DNA from: Perna viridis
Taxonomy: Eukaryota
Direction of reading: 5' to 3'
Length of the DNA stretch: 64,000 nucleotides
Assembly: GCA_037379345.1 (NCBI GenBank)
Contig: CM074511.1
Coordinates: 50,164,862-50,228,861 of the forward strand
Made by a program: the position numbers and the translations under genes. Position 1 is the stretch's first letter, and each line of letters begins with the position of its first letter. The notes under the pieces were generated by a model. The model worked only from the letters and a program-made list of their open reading frames with translations, did no database searches and was not told the origin of the DNA. Of this stretch, positions 42,149-54,025 are shown piece after piece.

Positions 42149-42586
42149 CTGAAAAATTCCCAACGATGTTAGAACTGTCAAATTTGCGATGCTCGTTCCC
42201 TCCGCGGGACTCGAACTCGTACCGCTGTGATATCTATGGCAACACGCCTGCACAAAGTCCAGCGCCCTAGACCACTAGGAGAGCTTGGCTATATAAAATA
42301 TAGCTTTCGCTGGCCGGGTCATTCCTCCTCGTGTACTAAGTTAGAGCCCTAGATTAATCCTAGATAAAATTCCCAACGATGTTAGATGGTCAAATTTGCG
42401 AAGCAAATTTTTGGTCGTTCCCTCGGCAAATTTTGGACAGTTCTAACATCGTTGGGAATTTTTCAGACCCTTCTATAAGTTTACGTTATCTTCCCCGTAT
42501 CAATTTGATCCGATGGAGCAGTGTAGTGAATAGAGTCGTCACATTCTGAGACGTTGCATATATATATAGAGAGAGAGAGAGAGAGA
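42078..42586 (-). mobile_element. tRNA-headed retroposon with inverted duplication, embedded in (TA)n(GA)n microsatellites
   Basis: tRNA-like A box (TGGTCTAGGGCG) and B box (GTTCGAGTC) on the - strand at 42195-42290; perfect 34-bp inverted repeat 42146-42179/42436-42469; the paralogous site near 61395 is empty; a related head fragment lies at 63003-63065 (+). Confidence 0.7.
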
Positions 42587-43727
42587 TGACACCGAGGTGT
42601 ATATAATCATTGGCCTAAATTAATGTTTTAAATCGCTAACATTGTTAGGGACTTCCTGCACTCGTAATTTCAGTACTTTATATTCGCATGTGACTTGCAT
42701 ATATATTTATACTCCACGAAATGCTGAAGATCCGTACCGTGTTTACCGCCATAGCGTCATAGTTCTACCTTCATATGAGATACTTATGTACCTCTTAAAT
42801 ATCACACACGTGTGTTCTCCGTGTGTTTCTTGCTAGTAAAAAGAAAAGTTTACGGGAAGTTTACATGAAATGATCGGTTAGCATTGAACATTGCCCAGTT
42901 TCCGATTCTGGCACAGGGTCTCGTTACAAGACTATATCAGTCATATATATCAACGTGAAGTATACATTAAAAGATGAAATGATCGGTTAGCATTGAATTT
43001 ATGTAATATTAACCAGTTTCCAATTCAAACATAGGGACTCGTTACAATTGATTATGTATAAGTCATATATATTATCAGGACCCCGATATCTATATATAGC
43101 CATTCGCAGTTGTTTAATCTGGATCCGGGTAATTGAAAACATTCGGGTCATTACGGTTACGAAAGTGTACACAATCATATCAAGGGAACCAAGAATTTAG
43201 CGGAAGTCACCCAATTTTAGAGCATATCGCATCCATGCCAATTTGGATGTTGAAAGTAAGCTAAAATCAGTGACAGAAAAAAAACTTGACGATTACTTAC
43301 TTTGAAGATTTCAGTCTTTGATTAAATGTTAAAGAAAACTAAAAAAATAAAACAATCATAAATCAGAAAAAATCCATAGCTGATCACAACTAATCTGCAG
43401 AAAAAAACCTCAAGAGTCTGTAACCATCTCTGTCGATACTTCATTAGTCGTATCAGTCCGTTTGACGGCAACGATTATGATTGAAATCTTGACATCAAGG
43501 ACTTTTTTTTTGGTTTGATCAAAACCAGTCAAAGAAAGATAAACAAGACAGCCACTGTTCTGAGCATTTCTTATTTTGAAGCATTTAATTAAGTATAACT
43601 GTTTAAGAAAATTAAAAGAATCTATATCTAACGAAATAACAAGTAAAATAAATGAACAAAGGACGGATTCAATCACATTAACGCTTATTTTTAAAAAAAT
43701 ATCGCACGGAATGTCAGCATCCTTCTG

Positions 43728-43874
43728 TTACATAATTTCACAGCCAAAGCAGGTCTGCTCTGGATAGTCCGGGGCATGCACACGGCAATCTAACCCATAC
43801 ACATAATAGTTCAAAGGTTTGTTCTGGTGCTGGAAGAAACATTGAGTCACAGGAACCACTTTGATTCTGTGTCT
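43728..43874 (-). CDS. SSUH2: SSUH2-like A exon 13 (stop, CaaX)
   Basis: RHRIKVVPVTQCFFQHQNKPLNYYVYGLDCRVHAPDYPEQTCFGCEIM TAA. Confidence 0.94.
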   Translation of the reverse strand, partial: RHRIKVVPVTQCFFQHQNKPLNYYVYGLDCRVHAPDYPEQTCFGCEIM

Positions 43875-46800
43875 CTGAAAAAAAAATAATCGTTCAATGA
43901 CTAGGGGTAATAAAATTGATTGATAGTTTATAGTTTATGTATAATTGCAGATATTTTATGGATTTTGATTATTCGAGTGGATCCTACTTTTTGCAAGCTC
44001 GATACACTAATTTCTTTAATGTGCTAGCACATGGAAGCAACACGCTGCAGGGTGGAATAACACCCGACTTTGATAAGTCTGACTGAATTAATAAATAAAA
44101 ATAAAAGGAGAGAAATAATAGTTTCTGTCTAGAAGTTAGCTTAGGCATAGGTAAGCTTGGGCATAGGTATAAGCATATTTTTCTGCAAGTCCATTCCCAA
44201 TCTCCCGCGTTCGTGCTTTTGTGATATGGTTGTGAAGCATATTGTTCAGTAACCCCTCCCCAATCTTCAGGGTTTCTGTGTTTTTATCTTGGTTGTGAAC
44301 TACACTTAACTGGATTACCATAACAACAGATTTAATATTCTCTTGTTAAAAGTGTCCTACGTAGTCCGATTAATTCAGTTTTATCTTTTAAGTATCAAGA
44401 AACATAAAACCGGAGAGATATCTAACAAGAATCAACACAAATATACTTTTTATGCACAATACTTACTAAAAAGCCCATTTATATTGATTAGGGGTGGATA
44501 TGCACGGACAGTTAAGGAGGTAGACCCAGGGTAAGGGACATAACTCTTGAAATCAGTGATATATTGGTATCATATACAATCTCATCAAAGCCTATCAAGC
44601 TTTCATTTGAAACATAACAAAACAGGCCAAATTACTTTGATGCTTACATGAAATTGATGTAAAATGCTGAATACAAACGTTCCAATGATTTGTAAGCCTT
44701 GTGCTCCTTACCCTAGGTCTAACTCCTTAAATTAAATGTAAAAGATTGTTTTTGTTTGTTTGTTTGTTTGTTGGGATTTAACGCCCGAGCAGCAATATTT
44801 CAGCTATACTCAGGCGATGAGCATGAAATGGATGATAAAATGAACATGAAATGATGAAATGAAATATGGGATGGGACACAAGGATAATGGGGTCGATAAA
44901 TTTTGATTGCCACTGGAAATAGGAAGACGTAGGTAGGGTCAGGCAATTTTGCCTCCTGTGACGGAGCCCTATGGATCCTACTCCGAGAGAATACCACAGA
45001 AGGGTTCTTTAACGTGCGAGGAACGTGGCATCATTCCCATTACGTTACACCACTACGGTTTGCGGTCAGGTTTTCAGTATTACGGCCTGACGACCCCAGC
45101 ATGTGGCATGCCAGGGTTACCCCATTTCACCAACTGGGGCACACAACCCAGTTGCTCTGTGGGCAGAGCGCCTAGCCCCCGGCTAGGTTTCTGAGCACTA
45201 TTTAGTCGCCTTTTACGACAAGCTTAGCGCTGCTGCAGGCATATTCTTTTGACACCTGGACCTGCACGGGGCAAATGAGACAACAAACATAAATGATAAC
45301 TCCTAACATTAAAAAGACACAAAAATAGCCATAAAAGGGTGACTGTAGCCTTCCTATAGTAATATATGGTTAGTATAGAGCATTCTATTTTAAATTTATT
45401 GTATATATCGTGTGCATCGTAATCCTCAAAAGGCTGGCTGGTAAAAAGCGAATGTGTTAAATATATATATATATTCCTATAGTGACATGTTATGAATATT
45501 GTGCTATATGCATGGATATCTGTTGTCCAAGTTGCACCTAATAAACAATACCTGTCTATCAAGTATATTTTGAGACTGAATGAAAATTGTGATCACCCAT
45601 TACCAATATTTGTGACAATTCACAGTATACGAAGAAGGTTACAAAAGTAAAAAAACTTACCTGTGAGAGAATTCTTGAGTGTGGACATTGGGTTTTTTGT
45701 TCGGCAATCAGTCTAGCAGAGGCAGCAACTACACTTGGTTCATCACAATAAGATATGGGTAGTAACTAAAAGTAAGTAAAAATTGTTTTCTACGGTCAGT
45801 CAATTATTATAATTTCTCAACTTTCTCAAGGAAAATATTGATATTTAAACACGGTTTCCTTCCGTTCCATTCTCAATTAGAATATCTCACTTCTTTAATT
45901 CAAGGAAGCATGCAATATCTTTTTTCGAATTTTGTAGAAAGCAAAATCAAGACCGAAGGAACTCTGGTTAAAGAATTTGGTCGAATTTGTTCCAAATACT
46001 AGAAATTTGAAAATAAAGGTGTGCGTGTGTCCTGGTGTCTGTGTACTAAAGGAGTGCGTACGTCATGGTGTTTGTGTGATAAAGGTGTGTGTACGTCTCG
46101 TTGTTCTTAAACATAATAGCTGATGACCATCATACCATGGGGTGCTCGTCTTCAAATACAATGGTCCCTGGAACTTTACTGACTAACACCTGGGGCACAT
46201 TAGCTTTGCCAGCAACAAATTCAGTCTTGTATGTTTTCCTTTATAATAGAAATATAATATATGTATAAAAGTACAAAAACCAAAGACATTGTGGAAGAAA
46301 GTAAGGAGATACATCCGATTTGACTACTAGTTGCTACCACAGAGTAAAAACATGAAATTGTTCTATGATCATCGTCCAACATTTTACATTATTCTGAATG
46401 TTCACTACTTCTTAGTTTTGTTTCTTTTACTTTCGAACATATATATACAACTTTTCTTACCACATGACTTGAAGTTTCAAGAACCATTTCACTTGTTTGA
46501 GGCCTTGACATGCTGGACAGGTCAATCGAGCAGATCCACTACACCGTTGGCACCTTAAAATATAAATAATATTAATAAGTTTCGAAGGACAGTCACATGA
46601 AGCATTCTGGGGAGAAACAACTTGAAAAAAAATTATGTATATATCATAATGTGATTTATTTAGGGGCTACAACCAATTCTCATCATTTTATCTTGCTTTT
46701 TTCTGTATAATCTGGAATATCCCCTTTTTATTTTATTGAAATGAACCAAACACCAATAATAAGACTCACCATGATCTTTTACTAGCACCTAAATTTTGAA

Positions 46801-49800
46801 CCATGATTCCATCATCTCTACAGAAAGGCGTAAGTTACTGTTAACTGGTGTTCAATTCTCATAGATGTTTTACATAATGTTGTCATATATATACACTTAC
46901 GGCTTTTTCCCACTACCGTTGCAAACATCGCATGTATTTTGCCCAGCTCGGAAATTTCCATGATTATCTTTAAATCTCATGTGCCGCCGTCCTTTCCCCT
47001 TACACATACCACAATACAACTAAAATAATAGAGAAGAAAGTGGAACTGGGGGATGTGGGCAATATCAAAGAGTTAGGGGTTCTAGAGGGTTATGCCCCTA
47101 GGTTTGCCTAGGGTCGGGGAGGGGGGTTAACCCTAACCAAATAAAAACATATTCGTAGGCGAAATGATACACCCTGCATATGGAAATAAAACACGTGATT
47201 ATGGATTTATTATCAGAGTGTGATTATTTGGTTCAACTAACTTGGGAGTTGGAGAACAATTTTAAACAATAAACCTCCAAATCAAGTCGACAACACAACC
47301 ACTACTTGAATTTAACACACTGTTTTCGTTTTTTTTCAATCTTAGCTGTAAAAAAGGTTACAGTATTTCTCTTTATCAAGGGTGAATTTCGATTAATTAC
47401 TTAAAAATAAAATTATATTAAACACAAACGTTATTAAAATCTAGATGTGCATAAAGAATATGATCGGCAAATAGGATTCGGAAAACGGATTTGGCAAATG
47501 AGAATCGGCATTCCAGGTCTAATTCTCATATGTGACTCCTACTTACCCTCCCTCTTCCTTCACAACCACTACATACAAGAAGTCCATGGCCCTGACATCT
47601 ATGACATCCCTGAAATGACAAATGTATATAAAAATCACGAAAAACCCCTTTTTACATTCTGAAATATTTTACAACTAAAGTTTAAGATTTCAAAACCAAT
47701 ATAATATTTCGAGAAAAAAAACTATCGACTAAAACGCCTACATTGATGAAATCTTTTACGCAGCAATGTAACAGGTAACATTATTTAACATGTACATGTG
47801 AATTATCGGTCGATGTTGGAATTCGAGGAATAAACCTTTCATTTTGGGATGATTGATGTGCAAGACTAGTATAGAATTTGTTTAAAAGGGAACTGTATGA
47901 TTGAAATTAATCTGGGTTTTTTTTTATTCAATGTTGAATTACCCACCCGAATAAACGCTGTATGTGGAATTTCAATCGCACGAACTTCGTAGTCCCTAAA
48001 ATTTTCACACGCATACAGTGGAATGTCCCATGGCAATGGTGCTGGACCGTTCTGAGGACCATCTATTGGTTGTCCTACGAAATAAAATCGTTGATAAGAC
48101 ATACACTTCAGTTAAAAAGGCTTCACCAACTGAAGTTCTTTTCATATATCTGTATTCTAATTATTGATTCTATTTTATACACCATTAATACTTGAAAGAG
48201 TAATCAAGGAAACCAAGATTCGGGCAAAAATCAAAAGAATATATTCTAAGGATAAAAACTAGACCGGGAAAATAGACACACACACACACACACACACACA
48301 AAAGAACACGAAATACCAAAATAATACGTACAAAGAAAAAAATGTAAACGAGCTAAACAACCCAGACTCCATTAAAAACTGAGAGTATGGACCAAGTGTA
48401 CCGGTTTCAAGTTTGAGACAATGCTTTTTTTATTAATTTAACTTTCAAAATAATTCTAACGTCTTTTATATTTTTACCATCTGTTGTTTGGGGAACGATA
48501 GGTATATGATAATGGTATATGTTCATATTCTTTAATTGTCAAATCCCAAAAAATGAAAAAGCACATGTACTTGTAACAGACGACCAAAAAAACTACTCAA
48601 AAACTAATTAACAAAGCGGATGACGGAAATATACCGTTTCCGGAAAATAATAGATTGAGGAGAAATCGAATTCATCCCTTGTATATAACATCCCCCCCTC
48701 CCCCCGCACAAAGAAAAATGTCCATTTTTCAATTAAGTTCAATTCAGATTTCAGCATAGCGAAGTGAAATACAAAATGTACATACAAATATACCAAACAG
48801 ATCTCTATATCATCATGTTTTATAAACATTTAGAGAAAAATAGAAGGATCAATAAAAATCAACCTTTAAGTTAGTGATCAATAGCATTCTTAACATTTTT
48901 CCTCGTTTATCATCATTACACTATATCTGGTTCTGTGTCTCAAATAAATTTGACTTTTCTCTCTACCAATAGAAAATATTAACACGTACAAGGAGCTATT
49001 CGTTTCCATCGTTTGCAAACAATGAAATCTTACGTGCTCAGTTATAAAAGTGGCAAAAAACAAAACTAGTGTAGAAATTTAGAGGCCAAACTCTTACTAA
49101 CATAGTCAGAAATATTATACTCCATAATCACAGGTTAACACTGTCTGAAAAAAAAAACACTACTTTGCACAGTTTCGATTGTCGACTTAGCTCTCTCACA
49201 CTTTCTCACGAAAATATTATAAGAAAGACTTGATAACAAATGAATACAAGTAGAATATTTCATATTCCTGGGTTTATTTCTGAGCATCTTGTATTCCATA
49301 ACACAGAACACAATTTCAATTATTTATGTGTCAATCGTACATTCTGCAATAAGTCAGGACAATTTTACTATTCAAGTGAGGTAAAATTAATGCTCCTTAC
49401 ATGTATAAGTATATAAAAGAGGTTCTTTTATACCTCTTAAGAATGTAGAGTGTCATTCAAATTGACATCAGTCATATAAAACCGTAATTACATCAAAATT
49501 AAAAGAATATAGATAGTGTAAACCACACACAAAAAAAAGAAAATTCATACGTGTGCATGTACTCATTATGACAAATTTAGATAAAAAAAAAAGAAAATTC
49601 ATACGTGTGCATGTACTCATTATGACAAATTTAGATAAGACTTCAAACGTCTGTAAATTGTCAATATTTATCATTGAGAAAGATCTCACTCAAAATGAAG
49701 TTTCTTTCAACATGGTGAAGTATGGGGTCGTCAGGTCATGGAAACTCGGGGTCCAAATTGAAGTTTGCTATCCATTTCGAGTTTTGGGCTGGCTCGTACA

Positions 49801-52800
49801 AAATGTATTAATAATGCCATTGTCCGTTTACTTTTTTTCGCCAAAACACGTTTAACTTTAAATTGTATTAAATTGTCAGTTTCAGAAGTGTTGTCTGTAA
49901 ATGAATTATCTCTGTACCTAGCTTGTTTGCGTACTTTTCCCTTTGAACAGCGTGCATGCGTTGCGTTTAGTGCAGTAGAATGTTTGGCGTCACTATTGCT
50001 TTCATCGACTGAAACTGATTCTTGTATAGACGTTTCTTCGTTTAGTGAACCTGATTCTGAGATAGAAACATTTTGATTGAACAGTGTCCATAGAATATTT
50101 GGAAGGATTTGGTTTGCGTACAAAAGCGGTTTTCAATCTATGAGTATGGGCCGGACGTGGAAGACATTTTTGAATCAATGAGTTTTTCAATGTAAACATA
50201 TGCGGACTGTTGACTTTATGAATAATGAAGGGTCCCGAATACTTTAATTTGAATTTCTGTCCTTTTCCGGTTGGCTCTTTTTTCAAATACACATAATCTC
50301 CTGTAGAGTACACCAGTGTACTTCTCTCTTTATTAACCTAGCTAGCATTTGGTTCTTTGAAGCAATAGCACAGCTAGTTTTTCCACGATTGTTGCACTTG
50401 GAAATGATCTTGCTTCCGGATATATAGTTTTATGATTTATTTGTGGGGTGAGAACTGGAGGTAGCAGAGAAGTGTCAGACACGGTAGAAGTATTTTTGCT
50501 AACGGACAGCTCTTCAAGGTCAGAAGGGACTATTGAACTCAGTTGAACTTAATTCATCAATAATGAATTCGTTTTCTACCAAAAATCTGTCAGAGTCTGA
50601 GAGAACAGAAAAGTGTAACAGACTTGAACCAGCATCACTTAAATCGGATTCTACGTCAGACATACCTTTATACTAAATAAATGAGAATGATATCACCCAA
50701 ACACTTTTCATGCACAAATGAGAAAGACCTCACATTTTTTGTTCCATGTTTAGGATACAAAGTCTTGTAGTAGGGAAGACCCTACGCACCTGAATACACG
50801 TAGTCGTTAAAGTATCTCACTCAGACTTGGATCTGTATGCTGACATACTCTCTTAGTAGCCGAATTTCTATTTTCTGGATTTCTAGTAGGATCTGTGACG
50901 TTCTCTAAATTACAACCTCTGATGTCTGTTAATAAAACTGTACTTTTTCTTAAATTGCATATTCAAGTCATTTGGAAAGGTCCCGAATCCTTTTGTTAAC
51001 TCTGGAATTAGGTCATTCAGAATGTTCGAGAACTGGTACAAAATTGCAAACAAATTTCAACTTTATAAGCTGATATTACCATCTTCTTTGAATTCTCCAC
51101 CATTTTGCCACCTGACGAGAGGTATATGATAATGGTATATGTTTATATTCTTTAATTCTCAAATCCCAAAAATGAAAAAACACAGACGACACAAAAACTA
51201 TTCAAAAACTAATTAACATAACGGATGACGGATAAATGCCGTTTCCGAAAATAATAGATTTAAGAGAAATCGAATTCAACTACTGTATATAATACTATAT
51301 ACTAATATTATTTTGATATTTCATAAAAATAATTGTAATTTACCTCTATAAGCTTCGAAATCCCATTGAGGAGTTCTAGTTTCTGTAAATGTTTCAAGAA
51401 TATACTGAAATAATAAAATCATTCTTCTAAATGTTATCTATAAACAGTTTTATTGTGCATTGAAGTTTATTGAATCTCCACGTTATTTGATACAATGATG
51501 GTAATATGCTAAAGCAATAAACGAAATAAAAATATGAACATAAGACTCCGAGTAACCAATTGTGTGGTAGTCAATTTTCTATTCAGTAAATGAAACACAA
51601 CATGGTTAATGGGAATTTTACACATCAAATAATAATTTAGCATTAACATCTATGGCACATAGAATGTTAAAATCTTAAATTCAGACTGCATTGTGACTGT
51701 AACTTGGAATATAATTGAACGCAACAACGACCTGATGTAATAATTAACACCTGTCTAGCATAATTCCATTCCCCAAACATGTTAGTCACAATCGCAAGAA
51801 CTCATGAAGTCCTGTGGCAATAAGTAACGTTTACCTGGTATGAGGTAGTGGAGTCCAGTTTTGTAAACGATGTTATTTCATTGGCTGTTTTCTTTCCCCA
51901 GCAGCACTGGTCGTCTACGTGATTCAACAGAGCTTGTTTAGCAGTAGTCTCAGATATAACCGGCACACTGAAAGCATACATAAATTTAAGCTGTGCTCGG
52001 CAAATATACAGTGAAAAGTCCCAGCACACTCAAACACTTATTATAGTATAATGATACTCAAGCAACCCATGAGATTGTCTGGCAAGCTATTTTTCGACTG
52101 GATGTTGGATTTCCCAACCTCATTTGTTGAAGGAGTGAGTATAACTAGTTTCATACTGAAGTATTGTGTGTCGCCCAATATTATACGTCTTATATAAGTC
52201 GTACACATAAACTGATATATTAACTCTTTACTTATTTTGCAGACCTATACTCACCTTTGCATTTCTGGTTCTTTATAAGTAGCCTTATCTGGAACAGCTG
52301 AGGTATCCAGTGGTGGAGGAGGGATTATGCCTATAAAGAGAAACTTTTAAATTCAACACCCCAAAAAAAGAAGCACAATTAAACACTTAATAACTGTAAG
52401 TATTCAATACGTAGAATTCCTTTACATGTGTAAAAAAAACAGGAAAATCTTTGGCTTTCCAGCACAACCAAACCGCTCTCTTGGTTTATGTTGCTATGAA
52501 ACATGACCATAAAACACTTCAAAGATTACTCTAAATTTACCATAATGCATCGAGTGGAACATTTTACCTGCACCAGAAAAAGGACAATTCAGTAAATATG
52601 GCCAGAGACCTACCTCCGAGATTTGCGTACCCCTGGAAATCAACCAAATCTGCTGGAAGACCTGTCATGTCATTCTCTCCAACACCTTCCACGATAGCTG
52701 TTATCACATAAGATAAAATCAAATATTTTGAAAAGTTCAGTGTTGCTTATCCTAATCGTTCAAGTTAAGCACCAAGCTCCACGCAGCGGCAGACGTTCGT

Positions 52801-54025
52801 TTCCTCTCTTATTGACCGCTGCAGGCAGGCCTTTTCGAAAATCTCGGACGTAATTTTTGACAATCGAAAAGCGATCGCGTAAAATCATTCAATTTTCCTC
52901 GACTTTGCAAGATTCTTGCAAATTCTGAGAGGGCTGACTGCAGCGTCTACAGTAAATTTCGAACGACAGACTCTGTTCGGAGCTTGGTTAGACAAGAACA
53001 AACAAAATCTTCTAAACATCACTTCCGGTTTTATAGCACGGATTGTAAATAATAAAAAGGCTTATAAAGCTTCAGCAGTCATGAAGTATATACAGCATAT
53101 TCATTTACAATTTACGACTTTTAAAAACGATACAAGACAGAAAACAGTTGATTAAAAATCAACCGGTAATTGTATGCATATAGTTATGAAATGATGATTT
53201 AGCACATTGAAACACAATAATTTAATAACGCGGTGTCTGTCTCTTTCGTTTAAATTGTCAATATGGTTGGAAGTCCCAACAATTTGAGAGTAAATTTTCA
53301 TCGTACAAAAGGACTTGTTTATATCGTCTTACCGGGGTCATTTTTGTCAACCGTGTCTGGTCCAGCCACTTCACCTCCTGGTCTGAAGTATCAAAGCATA
53401 TACGTTGTAAATATACAAACTGAAGTTTTGAAGTACCTTTACCGCCTTGAATGCAGAAGACTTATTGTGTTTTTTGTAGAACGTGTGCTTTTGTATCATT
53501 GTTTCCTGGAAATTTACACCATACCGCTGTTGAGCTTCTGATATTAACACAAATATAAAGTTGTCCTGTACTGCTTATGGTTGTATACCAAACATCATTT
53601 TACATAATTTGAAATAATTAGTGACAAAATTAGAAGTAGCTTGTATGATTTGTAATTAAAATTCTTGCCTCACTTTCCTTCTCATTATCCATGTATACTT
53701 TGCGATTGATTCCAACCCCAATTTACCCCAGTGAAATCGTATCCAATGATGAAATATTGTGTTTGCAAAACGGCTGCATAAAACGAAAGATAAGATCTGA
53801 CAACCGCCGTGGAGTTGGCATTCCGAGGGTAAAATGGGAAAGAAAGGTCTCCCTTGTAAGGAAATTTAACAGTATGCCATACTAAAAGATGTCAACCCCG
53901 GTTATCCGACTGGAACCAATCGTGAACCGTATCCTTATTGTGAATATAGCCAAATCAAAGTGTCCTGTTCTTGTCCGTTTATGCTTATAATAAGTAGAGA
54001 AAATTTCTTACCCAACTTGGTTCAT
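43728..54025 (-). CDS. SSUH2: SSUH2 (ssu-2 homolog)-like protein, copy A; 13 coding exons, 1176 nt, 391 aa
   Basis: Exons 54012-54025, 53333-53382, 52614-52697, 52255-52330, 51835-51967, 51344-51404, 47947-48074, 47547-47609, 46901-47019, 46461-46553, 46136-46238, 45661-45765, 43728-43874 are all GT-AG and phase-compatible. The protein has CCWG, YILETFTETR, PWDI, IPHT, six CxxCxG motifs, RILSQRHRIKVVPVT, YYVYG and the C-terminus DYPEQTCFGCEIM. Confidence 0.92.
44516..44726. mobile_element. MITE with TTAA target site (Kolobok-like); paralogous copy at 62602-62786
   Basis: TTAA|GGAGGTAGACCCAGGGTAAGG...CCTTACCCTAGGTCTAACTCC|TTAA. Confidence 0.8.
44746..45272 (-). mobile_element. SINE-like retroposon, copy 2, in the last intron of SSUH2-like A
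   Basis: Homologous to 8280-8816; (CAAA)n tail; the paralogous site near 62800 is empty. Confidence 0.87.
45661..45765 (-). CDS. SSUH2: SSUH2-like A exon 12
   Basis: LLPISYCDEPSVVAASARLIAEQKTQCPHSRILSQ, AG/GT flanked. Confidence 0.93.
46136..46238 (-). CDS. SSUH2: SSUH2-like A exon 11
   Basis: KTYKTEFVAGKANVPQVLVSKVPGTIVFEDEHPM, AG/GT flanked. Confidence 0.93.
46461..46553 (-). CDS. SSUH2: SSUH2-like A exon 10 (zinc-finger motifs 5-6)
   Basis: CQRCSGSARLTCPACQGLKQVKWFLKLQVM, AG/GT flanked. Confidence 0.93.
46901..47019 (-). CDS. SSUH2: SSUH2-like A exon 9 (zinc-finger motifs 3-4)
   Basis: LYCGMCKGKGRRHMRFKDNHGNFRAGQNTCDVCNGSGKK, AG/GT flanked. Confidence 0.93.
47547..47609 (-). CDS. SSUH2: SSUH2-like A exon 8 (zinc-finger motifs 1-2)
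   Basis: GCHRCQGHGLLVCSGCEGRGR, AG/GT flanked. Confidence 0.93.
47947..48074 (-). CDS. SSUH2: SSUH2-like A exon 7
   Basis: GQPIDGPQNGPAPLPWDIPLYACENFRDYEVRAIEIPHTAFIR, AG/GT flanked. Confidence 0.94.
48475..51294 (-). mobile_element. Internally deleted Ty3/Gypsy LTR retrotransposon in intron 6 of SSUH2-like A
   Basis: Diverged LTRs 51106-51294 and 48475-48690; PBS TGGTGGAGAAT (51092-51102); PPT GGGGGGAGGGGGGGA (48691-48705) abutting TG; integrase C-terminal GPY/F module (GDYVYL...KYSGPFIIHKV...HTHRLK, ~50120-50310); no RT seen. Confidence 0.85.
51344..51404 (-). CDS. SSUH2: SSUH2-like A exon 6
   Basis: YILETFTETRTPQWDFEAYR, AG/GT flanked. Confidence 0.93.
51835..51967 (-). CDS. SSUH2: SSUH2-like A exon 5
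   Basis: VPVISETTAKQALLNHVDDQCCWGKKTANEITSFTKLDSTTSYQ, AG/GT flanked. Confidence 0.93.
52255..52330 (-). CDS. SSUH2: SSUH2-like A exon 4
   Basis: tttatag|GC ATA...CAA AG|gtgag; GIIPPPPLDTSAVPDKATYKEPEMQ. Confidence 0.88.
52614..52697 (-). CDS. SSUH2: SSUH2-like A exon 3
   Basis: taacag|CT ATC...GGA G|gtagg; AIVEGVGENDMTGLPADLVDFQGYANLG. Confidence 0.85.
52771..52988. mobile_element. GC-richer MITE in intron 2 of SSUH2-like A
   Basis: Imperfect ~29-bp TIRs accaagctccacgcagcggcagacgttcg / cgaacgacagactctgttcggagcttggt. Confidence 0.6.
53333..53382 (-). CDS. SSUH2: SSUH2-like A exon 2
   Basis: ttcag|A CCA GGA...CCC G|gtaag; PGGEVAGPDTVDKNDP. Confidence 0.75.
54012..54025 (-). CDS. SSUH2: SSUH2-like A exon 1 (ATG; MNQVG)
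   Basis: AAAC ATG AAC CAA GTT GG|gtaag; phase 2 matches the next exon. Confidence 0.65.

Noticed and set aside
42195-42290. tRNA gene
   Set aside because: A and B boxes are present, but there is no convincing acceptor stem or cloverleaf, and it is embedded in an inserted repeat. It is a SINE-type head.
46770-46790. Micro-exon with a GTGAGT donor in SSUH2-A intron 9
   Set aside because: It introduces an immediate stop (TGC TAG), and the flanking exons already join in frame.
53430-53540. Additional SSUH2 exon on the - strand (AG...GT bounded, open in one frame)
   Set aside because: Its phases are incompatible with the flanking exons and inclusion gives a stop. It could at most be non-coding or alternative.
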